A DNA stretch of 54,687 nucleotides, counting the filler, from Squatina squatina (Eukaryota), in assembly GCA_031763465.1 (NCBI GenBank). It is 3 parts of 3 records of this genome, joined end to end, with 100 filler letters (N's around TTAATTAATTAA, not from the genome) between each part and the next. Parts side by side here need not be neighbours in the genome. Positions count along the whole stretch, not along the records: positions 1 to 22,751 come from JARFOE010000001.1; positions 22,852 to 39,384 come from JARFOE010000176.1; 1 more part is not named here. One strand, 5' to 3'. Below, piece after piece: positions 12,893-26,500 of this stretch. The notes beneath the pieces are model-generated. The model was not told the origin of the DNA. It made no database searches and saw only the letters and a list, made by a program, of their open reading frames with translations. Every line of letters starts with the position of its first letter. Within the stretch, counting starts at the first letter, position 1. The translations under genes and the position numbers were made by a program.

Positions 12893-13683
12893 CTCTGCCC
12901 TCCTCGGAGGCGTTTGCCATGACGGAGCTCGGAATATAGTGCTTGTTTCGGTAGTCTTGAGTCAGGCATGCTGACAATGTGACCTGCCTATCTCAGTTGG
13001 TTGAGCATGACCAGTGCCTCGATGCTGGGGGTGTTGGCCTGAGAGAGGACGCTGACGTTGGTGCATTTATCCTGCAAGCTGATTTGCAGGATTTTCCAGT
13101 GGCTGCATTGGTGGTATTTCTCCAGTGTTTTGAGGTGTCTGCTGTACAGTGACCATGTCTCCGATGCGTAGAGGAGTGTGGGTATCACTGCTGCCCCGTA
13201 GACCATGAGCTTGGTGCTGGGTCTGAGGTCTTTGCAAACACTCTCTTCCTCAAGCGACCGAAGGCTGTGCTGGCACACTGTTGCGGTGTTGGATTTCATC
13301 GTCTATGTCTGCGCTTGCTGAGAGGAGGCTCCCAAGGTATGGTCTGTGTTCCACTTTGTCCAGGGGCTTACCATGGATCTTGATATTTGGCGCTTGGTGG
13401 TGTGTGGCTGGGGCAGGCTGGTATAGGACCTTTGTCTTGCGGATGTTCAGTGTGAGGCTCATTCTCTCATGTGCTTCAGTGAATAAATCGATGATGGATT
13501 GGCGTTCAGCCTCCGAGTGTGCTCACACGCAGGCGTCATCTGCTTATTGCAGCACGATGACAGAGGTTGGGGTGATCTTGGATTTGGACTGGAGGCGACA
13601 GAGGTTGAAGAGTTTCCCACTCATCCTGCACATTAGTTCAACTCCAATGCGGAGCATTATGGAGATGGGATGGAGTGTTGCAG
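12893..13683 (-). mobile_element. RTE-clade LINE fragment B (degenerate)
   Basis: Same RT segment with frameshifts and a stop at the YADD motif (LQ*ADD). Contains LNIRKTKVLYQP, YLGSLLS, LLYASETW and QLR. Confidence 0.9.
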
Positions 13684-14199
13684 NNNNNNNNNNNNNNNNN
13701 NNNNNNNNNNNNNNNNNNNNNNNNNNNNNNNNNNNNNNNNNNNNNNNNNNNNNNNNNNNNNNNNNNNNNNNNNNNNNNNNNNNCCTAGCCTCAGCCATGC
13801 TGCAGCCACTCCATCCACAACAGGAGAAGTAGTAGGATAGGCATTAAGAAAAGGGGAGGTAAGGTTTCTCACAAGGGAGATGATTGATTTTTACTATTGT
13901 TTGAAAGAATATTTTGTGACTAAATGTCTTTTCCTTTATTGACTATATGATGCATTTCCTTTTCATGATTTGTTGTGCCAATAATTCAGGCCAACACACT
14001 ACCTCCTAGTTGAGGCAAAGATGGAATGAACCATTCATGACCTTTCACTAAATCTATCTCAAAAAGGTTTCGTTCTAGCTTCCCTGGCAGGGTAATGTCG
14101 AACTCGATGCCTCCTCCACCCTTCCTCATGTTCCTCAGGGGCCTCTTGCACTTCCTGAGAATGATCTGAGTTGTTCCTCTGGCTCCTCGTTCTCCTCCA

Positions 14200-14865
14200 T
14201 CTCAAGCGGCCAAAGGCGGTGCTGGATTTCGTCATCTAAGTCTGTTCTCGCTGAGAGGAGGCTCCCAAGGTATGGGAAGTGATCCACGTTGTCCAGGGGC
14301 TTGCCATGGATCTTGATATTTGGGAGTTGGTGGTGTGTGGCTGGGACAGGCTGGTGCAGGACCTTTGTCTTGCCACTGTTCAGTGTGATGCCCATTCTCT
14401 TTTATGCCTCAGTGAATAAATCGACGATCGATTGGAGCTTACCCTCCGAGTGTGCGCACACGCAGGCTTTGCCTGCATACTGCAGCTCGATGACAGAGGT
14501 TGGGGTGATCTTGGTTCTAGACTGGAGGCAGCGGAGGTTGAAGAGTTTCCCACTCGTCCTGTAGATTAGCTCAACCCCAGCGAGGAGCTTCATGGAGATA
14601 GGATGGAGTGTTGTGGTGAGAAAGATGGAGAAGAGCGTCGGTGCGATGACACAGCCTTGCTTGACCCCAGTATGCACTTGAATTAGGTCTGTGGTTGAGC
14701 CATTGGTGAGGATCACAGCTTGCATGTCATCATGGAGCAGGCGGAGGATGGTGACCAAACTTGAGGAGCACCCTCTATAATCCCTCCTGGTTGACAGAGT
14801 CGAAGGCCTTCGTAAGGTCAAAGAAGGCCATGTACAGAGGTTGATGCTGCTCCCTGCACTTTTCT
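14200..14865 (-). mobile_element. RTE-clade LINE fragment C (degenerate)
   Basis: EKCREQHQPLYMAFFDLTKAFDSV, TGVKQGCVIAPTLFSIF, and ELQYAGK (mutated YADD). Confidence 0.9.
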
Positions 14866-14965
14866 NNNNNNNNNNNNNNNNNNNNNNNNNNNNNNNNNNN
14901 NNNNNNNNNNNNNNNNNNNNNNNNNNNNNNNNNNNNNNNNNNNNNNNNNNNNNNNNNNNNNNNNN

Positions 14966-15569
14966 TATCTTCAAACACTTTTCCTCAGGCGGCAGAACGT
15001 TCTGCTGGCACACTGGAGGCGGTGTTGGGTTTCGTCGTCGATGTCTGCCCTCACGGAGAGGAGGCTCCCAAGGTATGGAAAGTGATCCACATTGCCTAGG
15101 GGCTCACCGTGGATCTTGATAGTCAGAGGGCAGTGTTGTGCGACAGGAGCAGGCTGGTGTAGGACCTTTGTCTTTCGGATGTTTAGCGCAAGACCCATTC
15201 TCTCGTATACCTCAATGAATGAATTGACGATGGTTTGGAGCTCAGCCTCTGTGTGCGCACACATGCACGTGTCATCTGCATACTGCAACTCTGTGGTAGA
15301 GGTTGAGGTGGTCTTGGTTCTGGACTGGAGGTGGTGGAGGTTGAAGAGTTTCCCACTCGTCCTGTAGATTAGCTCCACTCTAGCGGGGAGATTCATGGAA
15401 ATGGGATGGAGTGTTGCGACGAGGAGGATGGAGAAGAGCGTTGGTGCGATGACACAGCCTTGCTTGATTCCAGTTTGTACTTGTATTGGGTCTGTGGTTG
15501 AACCGTTGGTGAGGATCACAGCTTTCATGTCATTGTGGAGCAGGTGGAGGATGGCGCCGAACTTTTGCG
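14966..15569 (-). mobile_element. RTE-clade LINE fragment D
   Basis: TGIKQGCVIAPTLFSI...ELQYADD...LNIRKTKVLHQP...HFPYLGSLLS. Confidence 0.9.
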
Positions 15570-17379
15570 NNNNNNNNNNNNNNNNNNNNNNNNNNNNNNN
15601 NNNNNNNNNNNNNNNNNNNNNNNNNNNNNNNNNNNNNNNNNNNNNNNNNNNNNNNNNNNNNNNNNNNNNTGTTCAGTAATTATTCTATTTAAAATCTGTT
15701 ACTCCTGATTGAACAAGGTGTAATTTTTTTCATCGGTCTATACCGTAAGAATAATGGGCAATTAGTTTAAGTTGATGCCAAATCAATGATTTCATCTGCA
15801 AATACTGCAACCCCCTGTGGAGAAGCCAGGTATCTGTTAACAAATTCCAGGCTGATACCTTTTGGTTATTCTCTGCAGCAGCTAGCAGAATGGATAAATT
15901 TGAAGACCAGCTCTCCTCATTCAAAAAAACTTAATTACTTACAAGTATTACAACGCAGTAGCAACCTTACTTGTGGTTTATAGGTAGATTATATAGCCCA
16001 CAACTTATCAGATAGATCCAAATCTTATCTGCAAACTTTCTCCTTTGGATTGAAGGTAGAGGGTGCTGCAATAGGCCACATTTAAGCCTATGCCAAAAAA
16101 GGTCAGTGCATCAACTAAGTAGGATTGGTTGCATATTTGAGCATGTTAAAGCTGAAAGAAGCCATCAAGCAAGTGAAGTTAAATGTGCAGCATAAAACTT
16201 AACTTTTTTTCCTCCAGAGGACATAAGACAATGCTGGTTTTTTAAATTCACAAGAATGAAGATGTTTCACAAGAAGGCAGTGCACTTGCTAACTGGAGCA
16301 AAGGACACAATTCCCCAACAAGAACAATTCTGAATTTTGCAAGTCTTTGTGTGGAAATATAATGCTCATTTGGAAAATACAAGCACGCCCAGTACAGCCT
16401 GAACATATACAGACTAAACTCATCCCTCCACTGTATTGTTCACTGACCTTGAGAGCTAGTCACCCCAGTATGCAAGTAGCAATGAACATTAAGAAGGTAA
16501 TTACCTAGACAGGCAATATATTCCAAATAAATCTGACTGACTGCTACACGTGCACAAGTTAGAGTTCCTTCTTGCAAGTTTGTGTCTCCTTCCCCTTTTT
16601 TGATCTGTGCCATGTGCAGTCCTCAGACAAATCAGCAACCTTGTCCCAGGTGTCTGTCAATGCCTAATCAAGAAGTCAAGCTGCAACTTCTGTAGTTCCT
16701 TACTCCTTTCCTCTGGGAAGAATAAAGTTCATAACAAATAAGGGGTTGCTAGTTTCTTCAATAGACTGTATAGTATTTTCATTATTACACATTACCTAAA
16801 TCTCTTCACAAGGAAACTAAATAACCAAAGTTTTGAACTTGTAAGGTAAAAGTTAATTTTCACCTGCTTGCTTAAATTAATCAAGCACAAACCACAGAAT
16901 ATTACTTACACTGGTCAAATGAGTGAATGCATTATAGTAGAGGTAACATTCACTGCCTGACTAACATGGTGTAAATAAGAGGGGAATGAGAATACCTCTC
17001 TGGGGAGTCACTTTTCCCATCTGTTAGATACTTGCCAATTATCAATATATTGTCAAGTCAATTTACTACCCAAAATCATCTCAAATGTAATTATGCCAAA
17101 TACCTGGTCAAAATTCAAATCCGTTATCTTCATTGTACAACTCATCTGCCAATCTTTTAACTTCTCAGAATTCCAGCAGACTTAAATCAGTCTATATTAG
17201 AAATCTATTTCAAGTAGAGTAGATCTTCTCAAAACTTCAATGGTGGAAAGTTAATTGCTGCATGTATTAACAGTACCAACCTCTACCCTTCTGTTAAATT
17301 GAAAGGAAAAATAGTTACTCGGCAGTTATAACAGGAAGTTTTGGTGTGCCAAAAGTCTGGACACAGCTGATAAATTATA

Positions 17380-18150
17380 GAATCGTACAGCATGAGGTCA
17401 TTTGACCCAGCGTGCCTGTGCCAGTTCTGAGTTATTTAATTAGGCTCACTCCTATGCTCTTTCCCCATATTCCCTGCAATATTTCACCTTTCAATTATTT
17501 ATCCAATTCCCTTTTTAAGTTATCAGTGAATTACCTTAAATCTGTCCTCTGGTTACCGAGCCTATTGCCAATGGAAAGTTTCTCCTTATTTACTCCTAAT
17601 AAAACCCCTCAAATTTGAACACCAATTTAAATCTCCTTAACCTTCTCTGCTCCAAGTACAATCCCAGGTTCTCCACATAACTGAAGTCCCTCATCCATAA
17701 TATCATTCTAGTAAATCTCTGCATGCTCTAAGGCCTTGACATCCTTCCTAAAGTGTGGTGCCCAGAATTGGACACAATACTCCACCTGAGGCCTAACCAG
17801 TGTTTTACAAACAGGTTTAGCTTAACTTCCTTGCTTTTGTACTTTATGCCTCTAAAGTCTAGGATCACATATGCTATTTAAAAAAAAAAAACAGCCCCCT
17901 CAACTTGTTTTGCCTCGCTGAAGGGTTTGTGCATAAATGCCCTGGTCTCTGTTCCTCAGCCCTTTAGTTTATATTGCCATATCTCATTCTTCATTTCAAA
18001 GTGCATCACTTCACTTAAATTTTGTTTACTATCCTCCTATATTTCTTAGCTTTGTGTCATTTGAAATTAAGCCCTATGTACCCAATGCAAGTTATTAATA
18101 TATATTGAAAAGAGCAGTGGTCCCAACACTGAACTCTGGGGGACACCAAA
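17380..18150 (-). mobile_element. Old CR1 LINE 3' portion
   Basis: Reverse complement of ~17730-17800 encodes [33 protein letters not shown]-like motif lies near 18110-18147. Confidence 0.8.
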
Positions 18151-21100
18151 TCACACCTTTATGGTTGAGTTTGTTCTCAGCCACAAAAGTAAGCTTCTAC
18201 ATTTAAATGATGGGTTACAATTCTAGGTAAGCAAGTCTTTTAATACAAAACTTCAAAAAATAAAATCTCGTTGAGGTGCACAGTGAAAAAAGCATACAGC
18301 AGCTTCAGTATGTAATGTCCCATCAATAAGACTATGAACTCAAGACACTTGTAATTGTTGCCTGGTTGTTGCTTAGATTTAAACATGTACAAACCAGTTG
18401 GGAGAAATTGTACTATATACTCAAGCTTATCTAAATCAACTGACGTTCAAAAATTCTCATTAGTACCAATTTTGAAAAAGTCTTGTTTTAACAGTTTCAA
18501 CAGAGCTACGGTCAAATGGGTTATAAAAGNNNNNNNNNNNNNNNNNNNNNNNNNNNNNNNNNNNNNNNNNNNNNNNNNNNNNNNNNNNNNNNNNNNNNNN
18601 NNNNNNNNNNNNNNNNNNNNNNNNNNNNNNNNNNNNNNNNNNNNNNNNNNNNNNNNNNNNNNNNNNNNNNNNNNNNNNNNNNNNNNNNNNNNNNNNNNNN
18701 NNNNNNNNNNNNNNNNNNNNNNNNNNNNNNNNNNNNNNNNNNNNNNNNNNNNNNNNNNNNNNNNNNNNNNNNNNNNNNNNNNNNNNNNNNNNNNNNNNNN
18801 NNNNNNNNNNNNNNNNNNNNNNNNNNNNNNNNNNNNNNNNNNNNNNNNNNNNNNNNNNNNNNNNNNNNNNNNNNNNNNNNNNNNNNNNNNNNNNNNNNNN
18901 NNNNNNNNNNNNNNNNNNNNNNNNNNNNNNNNNNNNNNNNNNNNNNNNNNNNNNNNNNNNNNNNNNNNNNNNNNNNNNNCAAGACTTTTCCTAGTCAAAG
19001 TGAATCAACTGCAACATAACTGCTTATAGAATGAACTCAACAGTCAAAAGCCATTTTTAACACCTGAGCAAAATTCTTTCCTCAACAAAACCATATTGGT
19101 AGTTACTTGGTGCATCACTGTGATTCACATTGGCCCATATTTTGCATCCAGTAACTATGAATAGACAGAAATTTAGTTATGTTTCTCAAGTCAATCCCAC
19201 ATTTACTCTTTTAACTTGGTGTTCAATATTGGACATCTGACTTTGCATGGCCAATAGTAATCAATGAGTACTTGACAGGAAATATGTCCCTGTAGTCAGG
19301 CTTACGTTTGTTTCATCAACATTGTTTCTAGTTTTGAAAAGTCTGGCAGCCTGGCCAAGAAGTGAGCGCAAGTAGGTTTGAACAGCAGAAGTTAGCTTTT
19401 GAATGCAAAAACCTCAAGACTGTTGAGTCCAATATTGTACAACAGGAGCTACTGGGATGCTTTTATTCCAAAACTAATGAGTTTCCTGCAAACTTACTGC
19501 CATCAATTCACTTACAACTGGAATCAAAAATTTGAAGTACTCTTCTCATGCATCTTATTCATTCTGACCTCATCCAGTATCTTCAGAATCCAAAACTATT
19601 TGCAGGTTGCTGCTTTATACCTTTTAGGGGTAAATTCTAAACACTATTCCATTGAGCTGGCTACATACATGCAGCACTTAATTCAGTCTTCCACAATNNN
19701 NNNNNNNNNNNNNNNNNNNNNNNNNNNNNNNNNNNNNNNNNNNNNNNNNNNNNNNNNNNNNNNNNNNNNNNNNNNNNNNNNNNNNNNNNNNNNNNNNNNN
19801 NNNNNNNNNNNNNNNNNNNNNNNNNACAAAATAGTTAACATGAGCTACCTCTCAACCATCCAGGAATGAGGAGCACCATCCTGAATATTTCCACAGGGAT
19901 GGAAAATGAAACTCATCAGGTTGTCGGCTGAAAAGTGCACAATGGCCAGTTATGTGTGAATACTTTTATGCTTGGACTGGCTTGTTGCTTTAAAGAGACA
20001 CGCTGAACTGTACTAGCAGTCATGGTGGGGAAAAAAAAACTTTCACAGAGTTAGGACCATCAAAAAAATGTTCACCTAAATAGGTGGCAGAAGGACTGTT
20101 CAACCTTTGAATGTTGTACTCCAGTCTTGTTGGTGTAGTGGCTCAATTACGCAAATCTTCTCCCTGACAGTGTAGGTAGACATCTACAACTTAACGACAT
20201 TGTAGAAGGGACAGGTTATGTTCCCTAATAACCAAACACGTGTGAACCAGCAGTCGTGAGTCTTCAGTTCTGGCTTTGTACATTTAGCATTTTGTGCTCT
20301 GTTAATCTGAATTGCAAGTGACCCAAACTTCATCCCGTAAACTGAAATAAAAATTCACAAAATAGCACACACTGAACTACAGGCAATGATACAACATGAC
20401 AGAAAAAGGGAAATAGTGTATTCAGTCAGCGAGATCACATTCTGTTAGTTTTGCAACAACCCCATGAATTTCATTTGTCATCCCTAATGGAATTTTCAAG
20501 TTGGCAGCCATAGCTGCCAAATGAAGACACAGGTAATGTAGGCAATATTCAATAACAAAATATGATTAAAAAAAATATTTGCCAACATACCACTGTTTGT
20601 TGACATGTGGTATAAATTAAAATATCACTAAATCTGAAAGCTCTCCTGCTGTGGAATGGGCTACTTTTGGACCCCCGCTACAGAAGAAGTATAATATATG
20701 GTGTACAAAAAGTTAAAACTAGAGGCTGAACTCTGCAAGCAGTGCTTTGAGCAAAGCAGAGTTAAATGATACATTTCTCAGATCTATAAACAGTCGGTTT
20801 CTTTCTTGCGATGTTGCAAAGACAAAAGTTTAAAAGCTGCAGGAACCTCCAAAGGATGAACACAAAACAAAACTAGAGGAAACACATGAACACTAATCTA
20901 AAACATTTCAATTAAGGTGAACATGGTTCACAGTTTGGTACATATCTGACTAAACAGAACTTGTATTTGCTGTTATTACAGTTGGTTTAAATAAAACTTG
21001 TCTGACCAGAATTTTTCCAGTAAAAGACCCAAAATTGCTGCATTTACTGGCTACAGTAATGCAGTGTCAATCCCTGCGGCCACACATTTAAACAGTTCAA

Positions 21101-21627
21101 ACAGCCCTGAAGAGAAGGAATTTTAAATTGCTGAACATGAGTGATTATCTATGCACTGCAATAAAGACCAGCAGGGTTACAAAAGGTACTGAACTATTAA
21201 TGTAAACTACACTAACGCATACAAACACAATGAAGAGCAACTAATAGTGTCATTTCTTTCAGTATCATATTTCTAACACTTTTAATGACTGATAAATGCT
21301 ATTAATTTCTAGTTTCAATCCCAATTTGTATTTTGGTCTTTTAAATCTACCTCCTATTTTCAATGTTTCATAGGAGGGATAGTTTCATCAAAGATTCCCA
21401 GTGTTAATGTAATGCTGTGTAGTTTTGCTTTCCTGGTTACTGTGAGTTATGTAGCCACAGTCTTGAGTTATCAGTGCAGATGCAGTTAAGAACTGCTGGA
21501 GATGGCTCAGTGGAATCAAGAATGCCTTTTCCTGCAAACAGTTCTTGTATGACAAATTGTAAGGAGCGTCTGTGGTAGTATGCATCAATCAACATCAATT
21601 CCCAATAGTGTCTACAGTTCAAGTAAT

Positions 21628-21914
21628 TCACTGTGCTTTTTCAACTGACATATGATTGCTGGTTTTGGGGTTCTTAGACTCTGACTTCACTGTCTCATTC
21701 AGAGAAGGATTGACCTCCGGGTTTTTACATCGTTCCAGAGGTTCCGTCATGTTGCAGTGGTCATGTTCGCAGCAGCAAGCACGCCCATCTAATGTGGACC
21801 TGAACATTGTTCCTTCCTCATGATCCTTGCAGAAAGAGTTGGGGCAGTATTGGCAAAAAACAATGGAGGGTTTTCCACAGACATCACAGTGGTGCCATGG
21901 GCACTCCCATTTTC
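21628..21914 (-). CDS. NSD2: NSD2/WHSC1 histone H3K36 methyltransferase, last coding exon (C5HCH domain)
   Basis: ttcag|GAAAATGG...TGA. Encodes [52 protein letters not shown]...VEKAQ*. Convergent with NELFA as in human. Absent from the ORF track. Confidence 0.93.
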
Positions 21915-22129
21915 CTGAAACAATGGCAAAACATAAATTAGTGATGGTGCACGGGTTACTAGCAATAGACTAAGTTACTTGATAAGTGTATTTCTATTTT
22001 TTGTTTAAATAACTAAAGTACACTTGGCTATCCATTCTGCTCTAGAGATCACTACAAAACAAAATCAGATACATCAACAGAGATGAAGCATTGCTGCTGA
22101 TGCAAAACTGACAGAAATACTTTCAGTAC

Positions 22130-22751
22130 TTCAACAGGTTAGTCAGACAAGAGGCGATAGTCTTAACGGATGGAGGACAAGCACTGAATGATTACATCCT
22201 CCAAGTATTCACAAGGGAAGATATGAGCAACATACCCTCCCCAAACAAACAGATTTAACAGGCCAAAATTAATGATTTTGATGTAAATAAGATACAAGCC
22301 CTAAAGACTAAAAGAGCTATAAAGCCATATATCCCTGTGGTATTCATCCAGGAATGCTAAGAGACCTTGTAGGAGATTTGTGAGGCATGCACAATTAACA
22401 AAGAGTCGCTGGACATTGGAGAGGTACCAGTAGACGGGAAAGTGGTCAATGTGGTGCCCATATTTAAAAAAGGGTAATAAACAAGACTCCGGCAACTACA
22501 AACACATCAGTATTACTTCAGCTGTGTGTAAAATAATGGAACTGATCAGGTGTAAACTTGAAGACTATCTGTACAATAACTCAGTAAACAGCAGTCAACA
22601 TGGATTAAGAAAGAGAAGATCCTGCCCGACCAACCCCCTTGAATTCTGAGGACGTGACATCCCAAGTGGACTGTGGCAAGTCTTGCAACATTGTACCTAG
22701 ACTTTCAGAAGGCATGACAAAATTTCACAAGAAAAGCCAAGTGCAAAGTGG
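22130..22751 (+). mobile_element. Degenerate CR1 ORF2 fragment
   Basis: VVNVVPIFKKG, GNYKHISITSAVCKIME, SQHGLRKRRSCPTN and YLDFQKA motifs with stops and frameshifts. Confidence 0.85.
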
Positions 22752-22851
22752 NNNNNNNNNNNNNNNNNNNNNNNNNNNNNNNNNNNNNNNNNNNNTTAAT
22801 TAATTAANNNNNNNNNNNNNNNNNNNNNNNNNNNNNNNNNNNNNNNNNNNN
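22752..22851. other. Artificial scaffold linker N44-TTAATTAATTAA-N44
   Basis: A 12-mer at 22796-22807 with stops in all six frames, centred in a 100-nt block. Confidence 0.9.
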
Positions 22852-23364
22852 AAAATCACATGCAGGTTAACTACAAGATGTTGTTTTCGTGCAGCTATTG
22901 GTGGGGCAGCACCAAATGTCCAGCAACTTGTGGCAATTCATCATTCATGGGGTATCTCTTCTTCACCACAAGTTGCTGACCAATTTACACATTAATAACG
23001 GTGTGCGACGTTCGCACGCAGTTATTTTTTCAGCGACTTCTGGACCACCATATAGGTACTAGTCTCTGGCTGATCTAGTATAACTGCAACCAGAAGTGGC
23101 CTTCATGTTGTAGTATTTTGGATACTAATGCAAGCTGCGGTTTGTAGCTGTTGGTGATGTATATGCTGAGTACTGATATGCAGTTGGAGGTTAATTTGAT
23201 GGAACAGCACACTAGTTTTATCTCACCAGTGTGTTTAACAAATGGGAGACATTAAGGATGGTGATGTGAAGTAAATATTATGAATTATAATTTGTGGCAT
23301 TAATGTGAGAAGGTGGCACAATACTTATGGCACAATATCAAGGAAAGGTGATTTTAGAAAAGCT

Positions 23365-23545
23365 TGTTAGAGATGGTTATTGCCTGGCACTTGTGACGTT
23401 AATGTTACTTGTCACTTATCAGCCCAAACCTAGAAGTTGTCCAGGTCTTGCTGCATGTGGGCATGGACTGCTTCATTATCTGAGGAATTGCAGATGTAAC
23501 TGAACACTGCAGTCATCAGTGAGCATCCCCACTTCTGATCTCTCA
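23365..23545 (-). mobile_element. Non-LTR retrotransposon RT fragment (CR1/Jockey group)
   Basis: Minus strand reads SEVGMLTDDC (FADD-like), then HMQQDLDNF and DK*QVT...KCQAITIS. Confidence 0.65.
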
Positions 23546-26500
23546 ACGCACATGTTCCTTGACCTGCTGAGTATTTCCAGCACTTTATTTTTATGATCAA
23601 TTTTGCACACNNNNNNNNNNNNNNNNNNNNNNNNNNNNNNNNNNNNNNNNNNNNNNNNNNNNNNNNNNNNNNNNNNNNNNNNNNNNNNNNNNNNNNNNNN
23701 NNNNNNNNNNCTTAACATAACATTTTTATTAAAAATACAGTAGAAAATTCATGAACAACCCCAAGGTAACAATTCTGTTCATCCTAAGCCGACCAAGTAG
23801 TCACACACAGATGTAGGTTGATCAGCAAACTTGTAGAAATAACCCTTGGTATGAAATGCAATTCTATATAGCTACGGTGCATAGCAAATTAGATTATTGT
23901 TTGTGTGTAAGTCATTTACTTACCAATGATAGGATAGATGATACTCAATTGAGAACTTTGATATATTAGATTTATTCCACGAATGATGGACTAATGAGTT
24001 AGGAAGGTGTTCATGAGTGGAGCAAATCCAGTGTCTTATAGTTCTTCATTGTTGGGTGTATATAATGCATGACTTATGAATAAAACATTTGTTTTATTCA
24101 TTAGTTATGCATTTTTATGTAGCTTTAATGAGGACTATTAAAAATGTGGAGGGCTCATTTATACTCATTAGATTCTGTGAGCTGCATCTAGTTACACAGG
24201 AATATTCAAGACTAGAATAGACCATTTTGGTCAGTCACAAAGTTCACAAAATGCCACCTTACACTGAGCCCTAGAAATTCGCCTTGGGCGGAGGCGCAAA
24301 ACGGGCGGTATCGGATCACCTGCCCGCGATATGCAGCGAATAACATTCAGTTCCATTGACTGCAATGGATGAATTGCTAGGCCTCTGTCTCTCAGCACCT
24401 TTCTCCTTTAGGAATCCTCTGATTTTCTCTTTTTGATCTGTTTCATCTTGACTTCTTTGGTGTTCTCTCAGCTAGAAGGTCAATCATATGATGGCTGTCC
24501 AATGTGGCTTACCCAGATTTGCTAGGATAATGAACTTTCTTAGCTAAGCAAGTAGAATTGCTAGCAATGGTGTTATGTTAATCTCTTCAGGATTTAACTA
24601 GTTCAATGCTGTTGGTTTTACTGCAATACATATTCAGAGGATTTGTACACAATGCTCCTAGCTTGATGCAATTTTGGAAAGCAGCAGGGCCAAGAGGAGA
24701 AACTGCATAACCTTTATTAAGTGAATTGTTGGTGTTTCTTTGGCCTATGCACATCTAACTTGCTTGATACAAATTATAAATCCCTTAGCTATTGATTACA
24801 AAACAGAATGAACAGCTACATAAATATCCTTAGCGCTCTAGAAACATAGAAAATAGGTGCAGGAGTAGGCCATTAGGCCCTTCGAGCCTGCACCGCCANN
24901 NNNNNNNNNNNNNNNNNNNNNNNNNNNNNNNNNNNNNNNNNNNNNNNNNNNNNNNNNNNNNNNNNNNNNNNNNNNNNNNNNNNNNNNNNNNNNNNNNNCC
25001 GTCCAAGATGCACTGCACAAAAATGGCATCTTGTTGTCTGGCTCCCCAATCAATTGCATTGAGTGGCATGAAGTACCTGTACTGATGTCGTACATTCGGA
25101 CTAAATTTGCCACAAAAAGTTGTCATTCCCGTCTATGTATCCTTTTAACAGCAAAGTAAGTCTTAATTACTGACAAACAACCTGGCACTGAAAATTAACA
25201 AGTGTAGTTTATCATTCCTTCAGATTTTAATTGTTGCAATTCTGAAAAAAATATATAATTTTTTTTGTACTTTGTCTTTTTTATCTTTCTCTCTTTAAAG
25301 GCTCTGATGTCAGACCCTAAATGGCACAAGACCCCTAGTGTTATAAAACTGTGTACCCTTTGACTCTCCATGAACAATGCCACTCGAGTTAGTAATGTAA
25401 GAAATCGGTTTGCATTCATGCCTTTCATATCCTTGGGATGTCCCAAAAGTGCTTCACACTAATATTACTTGCTGTTTGAGAGCTTACTGTATGCAAATTG
25501 GCTGCCACTTTTGCCTATATAACAGCAACTACACCAAGTAATTCATTGGTTGTGAAATGCTTTGGGACAACCCAAAGGCACTATATAAAAGCAAGTTCTG
25601 TCTTTATTCCTTTCTTTCTCTGCATGGCCTTAATTGTGCCAACAGTCTCAATGTGCCGAGGTATTCTCCTTCATGTTTACTGTAACAAAACTATTGTACA
25701 TTTTGATATTGAATTCCAGAATTGAATGGTATATTGATCGCGCGGAATAGATTCTTGTCTGTACTTCAAACCCAATGGACGATGCAGACATCCTCATTAG
25801 ATTGTGTTAGTCCGACTGGCAGTGACATAATGGTTACTTGAAACCCAAAGGACGTTACAAAGGTCTTGATTTTCATTTATGAGAGACATGTGTACATTGA
25901 TTCTGAGCTAGGTGATTGCAATTTACTGAAGTGAAGCGGCTGAACTCAATATTACTTTGAGGTGAAAATCAGAAGAGACATTAGTGCCTCTGGCAACTTC
26001 TTGGATTCACAGTGGGAAAAAATACTAAACTGGTGTTGTTGTACAGTTCTCTTGTGAAAACAAACATGGCTGATTGTCTACCAAAATAAATGTTATTCAA
26101 CACTGAAATTCATATAATATTTAAATAGCATGGGGGCTAAAATCAAACATTTTCCCTGTAGAGTTGTGGCTATCTGTGTTGCCTGTAAAAAGTAAAATTC
26201 CCCATAATTTTCAGGCAGTTAAAAGAATTTTTCCCACTGTGTGTTTGAAAATAAATGACTGTGGAAATTTATTCTGTGCATATTAACCCGTNNNNNNNNN
26301 NNNNNNNNNNNNNNNNNNNNNNNNNNNNNNNNNNNNNNNNNNNNNNNNNNNNNNNNNNNNNNNNNNNNNNNNNNNNNNNNNNNNNNNNNNNTCCACAGAT
26401 CTCTGGGGTAGGGAATTCCAAAGATTCACCACCCTGAGCCAGATACTGGAGGTCATTGTGACTGTTACAAATGAATGCAACAATTCATCCAGTGTTGCCC

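Noticed and set aside
16660-16714. Possible minus-strand terminal exon EERSKELQKLQLDFLIRH*
   Set aside because: Short, no homology recognised, and it lies beyond the NSD2 stop codon.
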